From a virus (taxonomy: Duplodnaviria; Caudoviricetes), in IMG/VR virus record IMGVR_UViG_3300046011_003401, positions 1 to 52,199 of that record: 52,199 bases of DNA. One strand, 5' to 3'. Below the pieces are notes generated by a model that ran no database searches, was not told where the DNA came from, and saw nothing but the letters and a program-made list of their open reading frames with translations. Below, in pieces: positions 1 to 7,114 of the stretch (positions are counted from its first letter, which is position 1; every line of letters begins with the position of its first letter). The position numbers and the translations under genes were made by a program.

Positions 1-55
1 AAAAAAAAGCAACAAATAAATGCAAATATATTTATATTTATTTTCACAAAAGCTA

Positions 56-85
56 TTGACACCGCCCAATTATACATGGTATAAT
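56..85 (+). promoter_or_regulatory. sigma70-type promoter TTGACA-N18-TATAAT with extended -10 TG, overlapping a perfect 10-bp palindrome
   Basis: TTGACA 56-61, TATAAT 80-85; CCAATTATAC-atg-GTATAATTGG at 66-88. Confidence 0.6.
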
Positions 86-91
86 TGGCGC

Positions 92-120
92 ACCCAAATG
101 AGAACCATTCTCATTTGGGT
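92..120. promoter_or_regulatory. 13-bp inverted repeat containing a Fur-box-like operator
   Basis: ACCCAAATGAGAA-cca-TTCTCATTTGGGT; core AATGAGAACCATTCTCATT (97-115) resembles the proteobacterial Fur box AATGAGAATNATTCTCATT. Confidence 0.55.
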
Positions 121-125
121 TTGTT

Positions 126-311
126 TTAATCTTCTAAGATTAAATCAATAGATACAAAATCTTCGGGCTTTCCGCCTGTTCCGCATTTTCTATTGTTGTT
201 TGCTTTTTCCAAAGCCATTACAAATTTATCAATCAAATCTTCTTCTATCTTATCCAAATCAAAGGCATCCATAAATTCAAATTGTATTCTTTTAATATCT
301 TTTAATTTCAT
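126..311 (-). CDS. small acidic hypothetical pre-early protein (61 aa; start revised from 341 to 311)
   Basis: ATG at 311 is preceded by TTTTGGAGAAATTAAA, the same RBS that precedes the 361-681 gene. Confidence 0.7.
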   Translation of the reverse strand: MKLKDIKRIQFEFMDAFDLDKIEEDLIDKFVMALEKANNNRKCGTGGKPEDFVSIDLILED

Positions 312-330
312 TTTAATTTCTCCAAAAAGT

Positions 331-352
331 CCTGCTAACAAATGTTAGCAGG
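331..352. repeat. perfect 10-bp intergenic inverted repeat
   Basis: CCTGCTAACA-aa-TGTTAGCAGG between two leftward genes. Confidence 0.7.
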
Positions 353-360
353 TTATTACA

Positions 361-681
361 TTATTCAACCAAAGCTTTATAGATGATTTCCAATGTTGCT
401 TTATTTGCTTTTTCTAAGCCACCTAATTTTTCAGTGTCCACATTCAAAGCATTAGCAATCAATTCCACAAAAGTTTCTTTAGCAATCACAGTGCCACCTG
501 TTTTTGTTTTATATTCTTTTGCTTTATAAACACCTTCGCGAGATAGTTTTGCAATCACGCTTCGTGTTGATTTACCCAAAGCTGTTGCGATTGCATCAAT
601 AGATGCACCTGTCGCATATTGAGCAATCGCATTTGCTGTTTGCTCTGTTGTATAATTTACCGCCTTAGTTGATGTAGCCAT
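361..681 (-). CDS. T5 A2-like pre-early DNA-binding protein
   Basis: HTH-like IDAIATALGKSTRSVIAKLSREGVY, KTGG...KETFVELIA and LEKANKATL resemble T5 A2; orientation opposite to terS, as in T5. Confidence 0.7.
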   Translation of the reverse strand: MATSTKAVNYTTEQTANAIAQYATGASIDAIATALGKSTRSVIAKLSREGVYKAKEYKTKTGGTVIAKETFVELIANALNVDTEKLGGLEKANKATLEIIYKALVE

Positions 682-743
682 TTTAATTTCTCCAAAATTT
701 TATTTGCAATTCTTGATATGGTGAATTGCTAACCATTAAAAAC

Positions 744-772
744 ATTATACGCTATCTAATTAAAATAATCAA
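744..772 (-). promoter_or_regulatory. leftward sigma70 promoter TTGATT-N17-TATAAT for the A2-like gene
   Basis: minus strand reads ttgatt attttaattagatagcg tataat. Confidence 0.7.
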
Positions 773-775
773 GTG

Positions 776-901
776 TTATATTTTAGATATTGATTTAACC
801 ATCTCACCTGTTGCTAGTGCAAAATGCCTAGCCATAGCTAGTGAGCTTGCAAAGAATGTGAATGTTGTATTATCTTTTCTAGTTGCTATATATTGTGTCA
901 T
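776..901 (-). CDS. 41-aa hypothetical pre-early protein (MTQYIATRKDNTTFTFF...), not in the ORF track
   Basis: ATG with GGGA RBS; upstream TTGCAT..TATAAT promoter-like sequence on the minus strand near 940-967. Confidence 0.5.
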   Translation of the reverse strand: MTQYIATRKDNTTFTFFASSLAMARHFALATGEMVKSISKI

Positions 902-1026
902 TGTATTTCCCGTTGCTTGTTTGTTGTCTTGATGTAGTTATTATATATGAATGATTAAATAATGCAAGCATTATATGTAAAATAAATAAAAATAGTTGGC
1001 ACGCTTCTTGCTTAGACGGGGGCGGT

Positions 1027-1045
1027 AATGAGACACATTCGCATT
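1027..1045. promoter_or_regulatory. second, degenerate Fur-box-like site
   Basis: AATGAGACACATTCGCATT, imperfect copy of the 97-115 palindrome. Confidence 0.35.
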
Positions 1046-1212
1046 TAGACCTGCTGGGGCCCATACACAGAGCCTAATTTTGGATTTTTTTCAAAAAGTC
1101 ACTTTGTACGCAGCGCCTACCACCGCCTCAGAAACTGACCCTAAGCCAACACAATCTTCCCAAATTTTCCACATTCCCCAAATCCCCAACCAATGCCTCA
1201 AAAATTTTTGAC

Positions 1213-1241
1213 TTGCAGGAATTTTCTTGAAATGCTATAAT
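1213..1241 (+). promoter_or_regulatory. promoter of the terminase operon
   Basis: TTGCAG-N17-TATAAT with TG extended -10 and an upstream T-tract. Confidence 0.65.
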
Positions 1242-1275
1242 ACTATATAATGTCAATTTAACCAGGTTACACAAC

Positions 1276-1752
1276 ATGAACAATATCGTACCCACCAACA
1301 CGCCAGCAGAGACTTTGCGAATAAGTCCCGAGGGTCTTGAAGTAGCCAATGCCTACCTACAATTACAGGATTTGCAAAAGGTTGCCACAGAACTTGATAT
1401 GCCTGTAGATATGGTAACTACCATGCTTGCCAAGCGCGAGGTTAAAACTTACATAGACAATGTATTTATGAATGTTGGATTTAACAATCAATTTAAACTC
1501 CGTAGTGCCATGGATGCATTAATAGGTCAAAAGTTTCAAGAACTTGAGGAGGCCGGAGTAGGGTCGGGCAAAGATATTGCAGACCTATTAGCCTTGTCAC
1601 ATAAAATGACCATAGAAACCTTAGACAGGCAAATAGCCTTAGAAAAATTAAAATCAGAAAGTGTAAAAAATCAAGTGAATGTACAAGTAAATGAGTTTGG
1701 TAGTGGGGCATATGGTAATCTAATGGAAAAACTACTAAAAGGTCAACTATGA
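1276..1752 (+). CDS. terS: terminase small subunit, T5-type
   Basis: SPEGLEVANAYLQ...EVKTYIDNVF..GF...ELEEAGVGSGKDIADLL..HKM matches the T5 TerS pattern; upstream of TerL. Confidence 0.85.
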   Translation: MNNIVPTNTPAETLRISPEGLEVANAYLQLQDLQKVATELDMPVDMVTTMLAKREVKTYIDNVFMNVGFNNQFKLRSAMDALIGQKFQELEEAGVGSGKDIADLLALSHKMTIETLDRQIALEKLKSESVKNQVNVQVNEFGSGAYGNLMEKLLKGQL

Positions 1753-2957
1753 GATTGGAAGCAGCCCTAGCATACAACCGTGGTGTTGCACTATTAGAGA
1801 AAAAGTCTTATGACAAAGCGATTGGATTTTTTAAACGTTCAATTGCGCTTTTTCCATCAAAGGAAGCTTACCTAAATATAGCCACTTGCTATCGTGGCAT
1901 TGATCGTGATACACAGTGTTATACACACCTATTATTAGCTAATTCGGCAACTGTGCCCATGCTGGATGGTAGCTTTTTAGACACCGACTATACTTTAGCT
2001 TTATCTAACCTTGGCTTGTACTACTACTCGGTTGGCAACGATGAGTTGGCAATTGCACACTACCGTCGTGCCCTGGCCATTGATCCCAACTACTATAGTT
2101 GTGCTTGGAACCTATCGTGCGCACTGCTACGTGTAGCATGCAGTGGTCACCCCGAATTTTTCGAAGAGGGCTGGACTCTTTACCAAGAACGCTTCCGTAA
2201 GACACCTGCAATAAAAATTCAACTACCTAACCCCAATGTAAAATTATGGGATGGGTCGCAGGTCGATAGTATTCTTGTGTATGCAGAACAGGGATATGGG
2301 GACAACCTGATGTTTGCCCGTTATATACCATTGTTGAAAAACTTTTGTAAAAATATTTATGTTCAGTGCAATAATGATATCGCACCACTATTTGCTTGTT
2401 TAGATGTTACCACGGTATTAGACGGTCGTGATGCGCCTGCTACTCATGCAATTTTTATGCCCTCACTAGCGCATATATTTCCCATGATGCCCGGTGAGTG
2501 GATAACTGGTTTTAGCCGTGAGCCCATGGCAGATATTAATATAGGAATTGTATTCAGTGGTAACCCAAATCATGCTAACGATCATAATCGTAGTGTTAAT
2601 CCTCATAGATTCCATCCGCTAGCTAAGTATGCTAACTTGTGGTGCTTAACCCCTGGGTTTCGCGGAACTAAACATATTAAGTCACTTGGTACCACTGACT
2701 GGGTATCAACTGCTCAAGCTTGCATAAACATGGATTTAGTAATTTGCGTAGATACATCCGTTGCACACTTATGTGGTTCGCTTGGTGTTGAGTGCTGGTT
2801 ATTGCAACCATTGAAAGACACAGACTTCCGTTGGGGCAATACTAATAGCTCTAGCAACGCTTGGTACAATTCAGTACGAGTATACCGTAACCCCAATAGC
2901 TGGGATGAAGTATTTAAACAAGTAATTAACGATGCAAAGGATAAGTTTTATGGCTAA
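1749..2957 (+). CDS. TPR-repeat protein with C-terminal GT-B (GT9/heptosyltransferase-like) glycosyltransferase domain
   Basis: TPR helices (ALSNLGLYY...AIAHYRRALAIDPNY); EQGYGDNLMFARY and MDLVICVDTSVAHLCGSLG motifs; ATG overlaps the terS stop. Confidence 0.8.
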   Translation: MRLEAALAYNRGVALLEKKSYDKAIGFFKRSIALFPSKEAYLNIATCYRGIDRDTQCYTHLLLANSATVPMLDGSFLDTDYTLALSNLGLYYYSVGNDELAIAHYRRALAIDPNYYSCAWNLSCALLRVACSGHPEFFEEGWTLYQERFRKTPAIKIQLPNPNVKLWDGSQVDSILVYAEQGYGDNLMFARYIPLLKNFCKNIYVQCNNDIAPLFACLDVTTVLDGRDAPATHAIFMPSLAHIFPMMPGEWITGFSREPMADINIGIVFSGNPNHANDHNRSVNPHRFHPLAKYANLWCLTPGFRGTKHIKSLGTTDWVSTAQACINMDLVICVDTSVAHLCGSLGVECWLLQPLKDTDFRWGNTNSSSNAWYNSVRVYRNPNSWDEVFKQVINDAKDKFYG

Positions 2958-3084
2958 ATGGAGAATATATTATCAAGTTGGAACTATGATGCAGTCTGAA
3001 GAGTTTATTGGGACTCAGGCCGAATTACTACTGCAATTAGCAAAATATGAATTTATAATGGAAGTGCGTAGAATATATGATTAG
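2950..3084 (+). CDS. 44-aa hypothetical protein (MAKWRIYYQVG...), not in the ORF track
   Basis: fills the gap and overlaps both neighbours, consistent with translational coupling. Confidence 0.5.
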   Translation: MAKWRIYYQVGTMMQSEEFIGTQAELLLQLAKYEFIMEVRRIYD

Positions 3085-3802
3085 AAGTGTAGATGGTCGC
3101 TGGGGTAAATGCTTTTACTTTGGTAAAGATGAATATGTTGGTAGAAGTATTCACCACTATGGTGAGTACAATCCAGATGAAACAGAATACATAATCTCAC
3201 TAGCAGAACTAGCTGAGAGTGCTACAGAACAAGATATGCTAGTACTTGATATTGGGGCTAACATTGGCTGCATAAGCCAAGCACTAGAGTTTAGCGGATT
3301 TCAAGTAGTATCGTTTGAACCTCAACCCGAAGTCTTCAATGTGCTACAAAAGAATATGCTTGGCACCTGCTACAACTTAGGGTTGGGTAGTAAGGCTGAA
3401 ACCGCCAAAATGCCTAAGATTAGGTATGATGATAAAAATAATGTCGGTGGCATGAGCATTGGTAGTCGCGGGTTATTGGGAACTATAGATGTAGAAGTTC
3501 GTACACTAGATAGTTTTAATTTTGAAAATGTGGGGCTAATAAAGATTGATGTTGAAGGCTATGAAACAGAAGTATTACGTGGAGCTGTTGAAACTATTGC
3601 TCGTTGTAAACCTATACTATATATTGAAGATGATAGACCTAGCAAAAGCGCTGAATTACACAAATTCTTGGAAGAACTAGGATATACTTGGACTGCGCAT
3701 AATCCTGCACTTTACCGACCAGATAACTTCTTTAAACTTAAACAAAATATATGGGATAAGAACTATGTTAGCAAAAATATTGACTGCCGTCCGAAAGCCT
3801 AA
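3077..3802 (+). CDS. FkbM-family SAM-dependent methyltransferase
   Basis: VLDIGANIG, FEPQP and LIKIDVEGYETEVLRGA motifs. Confidence 0.88.
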   Translation: MIRSVDGRWGKCFYFGKDEYVGRSIHHYGEYNPDETEYIISLAELAESATEQDMLVLDIGANIGCISQALEFSGFQVVSFEPQPEVFNVLQKNMLGTCYNLGLGSKAETAKMPKIRYDDKNNVGGMSIGSRGLLGTIDVEVRTLDSFNFENVGLIKIDVEGYETEVLRGAVETIARCKPILYIEDDRPSKSAELHKFLEELGYTWTAHNPALYRPDNFFKLKQNIWDKNYVSKNIDCRPKA

Positions 3803-3908
3803 TATACAAGTAAGTGTATTAGAAGTAGCTTTCTTTTTACTGGGTTTCTTTGTTAGCCCATGGTTTTATGTGTTGATGTGCGTAAGCAGTTACTATGCTT
3901 ACCATTAG
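3765..3908 (+). CDS. 47-aa putative membrane protein (MLAKILTAV...FFLLGFFVSPWFYVLM...), not in the ORF track
   Basis: bridges FkbM and TerL with overlaps; hydrophobic stretch. Confidence 0.4.
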   Translation: MLAKILTAVRKPNIQVSVLEVAFFLLGFFVSPWFYVLMCVSSYYAYH

Positions 3909-5181
3909 TAGACCAGAAATAACAGGGGACTTACTACAAGAATTTCCATCAGACCTAAAGTTTATAAAATTACCTATTGAAAACTACCTTAAGCTTATTA
4001 ATAGTTGGGATGAATTCAATAGACCCCAAACTGCATTGGTTAATGCGGTTAATAGTCCTAAGTATCGTTTTATTGTAGCAGCTTATTCTCGTCGAGTTGG
4101 CAAGACATATATTGCAAATGTAGTTGGTCAATTAGTAACACTAGTTCCAAATACTAATGTATTAATTATGTCACCTAACTATAACTTGTCAAGTATATCA
4201 TTTGAACTACAACGTAAGCTTGTAAAACATTTCGACTTAGAAGTTACTAAAGATAACATGAAGGATCGAGTACTGGAACTAGGTAATGGTTCTACTATTC
4301 GTATGGGTTCAGTTGGGCAAGTTGATAGTTGCGTTGGTCGCAGCTATGACCTAATTATATTTGATGAAGCCGCACTAACATCAGAAGGCGAAGATGCTTT
4401 CAACGTGGCACTACGACCTACACTAGATAAACCCAATAGTAAAGCTATATTTATCTCTACACCTCGTGGTAAGCAGAACTGGTTTAGTAAATTCTTTGAC
4501 CGTGGAAATGACCCAACTTTTGATGAGTGGATTAGCCTACACGCTGACTATACTGAGAATACTCGTATGTCAGAAAAAGATGTAGCTGAAGCCCGTAAAG
4601 GTATGTCAAAGGTAGAGTTCGAACAAGAGTACATGGCTTCATTTAATAGTTTCCAAGGTGCTATCTATAACTTACCAGATACTAATATTATTGAAGAATT
4701 TCCAGTTGGTGATATGGAAATATTTGCAGGACTAGATCCCGGTTATCGAGACTATACAGCGTTCTTAGTAATTGGATTTCACTACTCAACAAATAAATTC
4801 TATATATTAGACGAGTATTTAAATAACGAAGTTGGTACTAAAGACCATGCTATTAAAATACAAGAACTATCAGATAAGTGGGGAATCGAAACAATATTTA
4901 TAGATAGTGCAGCAGCTCAGATGGCACATGATTTAGCATATGAGTATGATATAGCAACTATCAAGGCCAAGAAATCTGTTTTAGATGGTATTGCTTATTG
5001 TCGTACTATTATTGAAACAGACCAGCTTTATGTAATGTCACATTGTACAAATGTAACAGATATGTTAGATCAATATCAATGGGATACTAATGCTAATCTA
5101 TTAAAAGAACGCCCAAAACATAATGAATATTCACACATGGCGGATGCGCTTCGCTATGCACTTTATAGTTATACAAGATAA
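3895..5181 (+). CDS. terL: terminase large subunit, T5-type
   Basis: Walker A SRRVGKT, Walker B LIIFDEAA, coupling ISTP, RNase H-like GLDPG and HMADALRY. Confidence 0.95.
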   Translation: MLTISRPEITGDLLQEFPSDLKFIKLPIENYLKLINSWDEFNRPQTALVNAVNSPKYRFIVAAYSRRVGKTYIANVVGQLVTLVPNTNVLIMSPNYNLSSISFELQRKLVKHFDLEVTKDNMKDRVLELGNGSTIRMGSVGQVDSCVGRSYDLIIFDEAALTSEGEDAFNVALRPTLDKPNSKAIFISTPRGKQNWFSKFFDRGNDPTFDEWISLHADYTENTRMSEKDVAEARKGMSKVEFEQEYMASFNSFQGAIYNLPDTNIIEEFPVGDMEIFAGLDPGYRDYTAFLVIGFHYSTNKFYILDEYLNNEVGTKDHAIKIQELSDKWGIETIFIDSAAAQMAHDLAYEYDIATIKAKKSVLDGIAYCRTIIETDQLYVMSHCTNVTDMLDQYQWDTNANLLKERPKHNEYSHMADALRYALYSYTR

Positions 5182-5183
5182 TT

Positions 5184-5420
5184 ATGGAACTTCAAGAAGA
5201 AATAGATAGATTAACCTTCCAATATAGTGAACTGGAGAAAGCCTATGACAAGATAATAAACCGAGATCAGTTTATAGTAGATTTACTAGAAGAGCTGTCA
5301 GCAGCTGAAGTACTTATTAAAAATATACGGGAGGATTCATTGCATCAAATCAGTTCTTTAAATGCTGAAATTGAAGCGCTGAGGTCAAGAAGTCTTTGGC
5401 AATGTATTTGTAGTAAGTAA
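5184..5420 (+). CDS. hypothetical coiled-coil protein
   Basis: 78-aa heptad-rich ORF directly after terL and before a terminator. Confidence 0.6.
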   Translation: MELQEEIDRLTFQYSELEKAYDKIINRDQFIVDLLEELSAAEVLIKNIREDSLHQISSLNAEIEALRSRSLWQCICSK

Positions 5421-5422
5421 GT

Positions 5423-5454
5423 AAAAAAGCCTAGATTAACCTCTAGGCTTTTTT
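5423..5454 (+). terminator. intrinsic terminator, likely bidirectional
   Basis: AAAAAAGCCTAGA-ttaacc-TCTAGGCTTTTTT. Confidence 0.85.
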
Positions 5455-5489
5455 ATGTTTTATATTTTATACCAAAATAATTTTTCTCC

Positions 5490-5518
5490 TTGACCACAAG
5501 TTGCTATGATGCTATACT
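5490..5518 (+). promoter_or_regulatory. head-operon promoter
   Basis: TTTTTCTCC-TTGACC-N17-TATACT. Confidence 0.75.
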
Positions 5519-5544
5519 TTATAAAATTGTAGAAGAATAATAAC

Positions 5545-6003
5545 ATGGCAACTAATACGAACAAGCGTGTAGCCATTAAATGGATACGAGATGGGGCTAA
5601 AGCAGCTTATATAAAGCTACCTAATTGTTATATTTGTGGAACTACACAAGATTTAGAATTGCATCATACACACGGACTTACCAATCTTTTTGAGAAGTGG
5701 GCTAGGGAAAAGAACTATAGTATAGAAACAGATGACGATGTTTTAGCAATACGGGAAGAGTTTATCAATACACATCATAAAGAGTTGTATGAAGACGTAT
5801 TCACGTTATGCAATAAGCATCACCAACAGCTGCATAAAATCTATGGTAAATCGCCTGCGCTTATTACTGCTTCCAAGCAAGGTATGTGGGTCGAAAACCA
5901 GAAAAGGAAGTTAAATGGAATGGAATCCGTTAAATTGGTTTCAGAAGAACAACCCAGCACAGGAGATAATCGCTCAAAACAGTGGTTCTCTAATTTCTTC
6001 TGA
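5545..6003 (+). CDS. HNH nicking endonuclease (T5 packaging-associated type)
   Basis: CYICG..DLELHH and TLCNKHH..LH motifs; between terL and portal, as in T5. Confidence 0.8.
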   Translation: MATNTNKRVAIKWIRDGAKAAYIKLPNCYICGTTQDLELHHTHGLTNLFEKWAREKNYSIETDDDVLAIREEFINTHHKELYEDVFTLCNKHHQQLHKIYGKSPALITASKQGMWVENQKRKLNGMESVKLVSEEQPSTGDNRSKQWFSNFF

Positions 6004-7105
6004 CCAACTAATAAATTATATACAAGCATTTAGTAAGTTAGAGACTGTAAATCGCGGCACTAATATGATTACTAGTTCTTGCGCTAGTCTCAACTATGAT
6101 ATTAAGGATAAAGTTTTTGACGGAGTTGCCACAGGTATTCGTGCAAAACAATTAAATAGTTTATTAAACTATAAACCTAATCCTTATCAAAGCATTCAAG
6201 ATTTTAGAACAGCAATCTTTACAGATTTCATTCTAGAAGGTAATATATTTATTTATTGGGATGGGGCTTTCCTATACCACCTACCAGCAAATATGATGGT
6301 AATTGCTCCAGACCCTAAAACTTTTATATCACATTACCTATATAATAATATTACAAAGTTCTCAACAGATGAAGTCTTCCATATACGTGATTTATCATCA
6401 ATAGGCATATATCGCGGAAGCTCAAGATTAGAGTCAGCAAAAAGAAGTTTAGATATACTATATCGTATGCAAACTTTCCAAGATCAGTTTTTTGAAAATG
6501 GTGCTGTTACAGGGTTAGTACTCGAAACAGAGAATACACTTTCACAGTTAGCAAAAGATAAAACAATAGAAAAATGGCGTACACAGTATAGTCCAAAGAA
6601 TGGGGCTAAGAAGCCAATTATACTAGACAGTGGATTAAAACTTAAATCAATGTCTACAGCAAGTTTTAAAGATATGGACTTTGATGTCTCTATCCAAACT
6701 CACGATACAAAAGTACTTAAAGCTCTTGGAGTTCCACCAATTCTTTTAGATGGTGGAAATAATGCAAATATAGCACCTAATCTTAGACTACTATATCTTG
6801 AAACAGTACTACCCATTGTAACAAAATATACATCAGCTCTTGAAAGATTCTTCGGTTATGATATCGAACCAATCACTTCAGGTGTTTCAGCATTACAACC
6901 CGATATTAAAGATGTTGCAGCGTATCACTCAACATTAGTAAATGCGGGCATCTTAACCCCTAATGAAGCACGTATTGAATTACGTTATGCTAAGTTAGAA
7001 GGGGCAGATGAAATAAGAATCCCAGCTAATATAGCTGGTTCTGCAGCAAATCCCTCGGTAGGTGGTAAGCCTAAAGCCGACCCAGCACCCCCAGGGAATA
7101 ATTAA
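5915..7105 (+). CDS. portal protein (HK97 family, T5 pb7-like)
   Basis: LLNYKPNPYQ, EGNIFIY, LGVPPILLDGGNNANI, GILTPNEAR; RBS AAGGAAG. Confidence 0.93.
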   Translation: MEWNPLNWFQKNNPAQEIIAQNSGSLISSDQLINYIQAFSKLETVNRGTNMITSSCASLNYDIKDKVFDGVATGIRAKQLNSLLNYKPNPYQSIQDFRTAIFTDFILEGNIFIYWDGAFLYHLPANMMVIAPDPKTFISHYLYNNITKFSTDEVFHIRDLSSIGIYRGSSRLESAKRSLDILYRMQTFQDQFFENGAVTGLVLETENTLSQLAKDKTIEKWRTQYSPKNGAKKPIILDSGLKLKSMSTASFKDMDFDVSIQTHDTKVLKALGVPPILLDGGNNANIAPNLRLLYLETVLPIVTKYTSALERFFGYDIEPITSGVSALQPDIKDVAAYHSTLVNAGILTPNEARIELRYAKLEGADEIRIPANIAGSAANPSVGGKPKADPAPPGNN

Positions 7106-7114
7106 AGGAGCAAT

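Noticed and set aside
312-341. Upstream start at 341 for the first ORF
   Set aside because: It lies within a palindrome; the ATG at 311 has the repeated GGAGA RBS.
726-1349. ORF-track ORFs 726-932(+), 879-1064(-) and 1128-1349(-)
   Set aside because: No convincing RBS; they overlap promoters, the better-supported 776-901 ORF or terS.
5545-6003. HNH gene as a selfish homing endonuclease
   Set aside because: Position and motifs match the conserved T5-type nicking/packaging nuclease.
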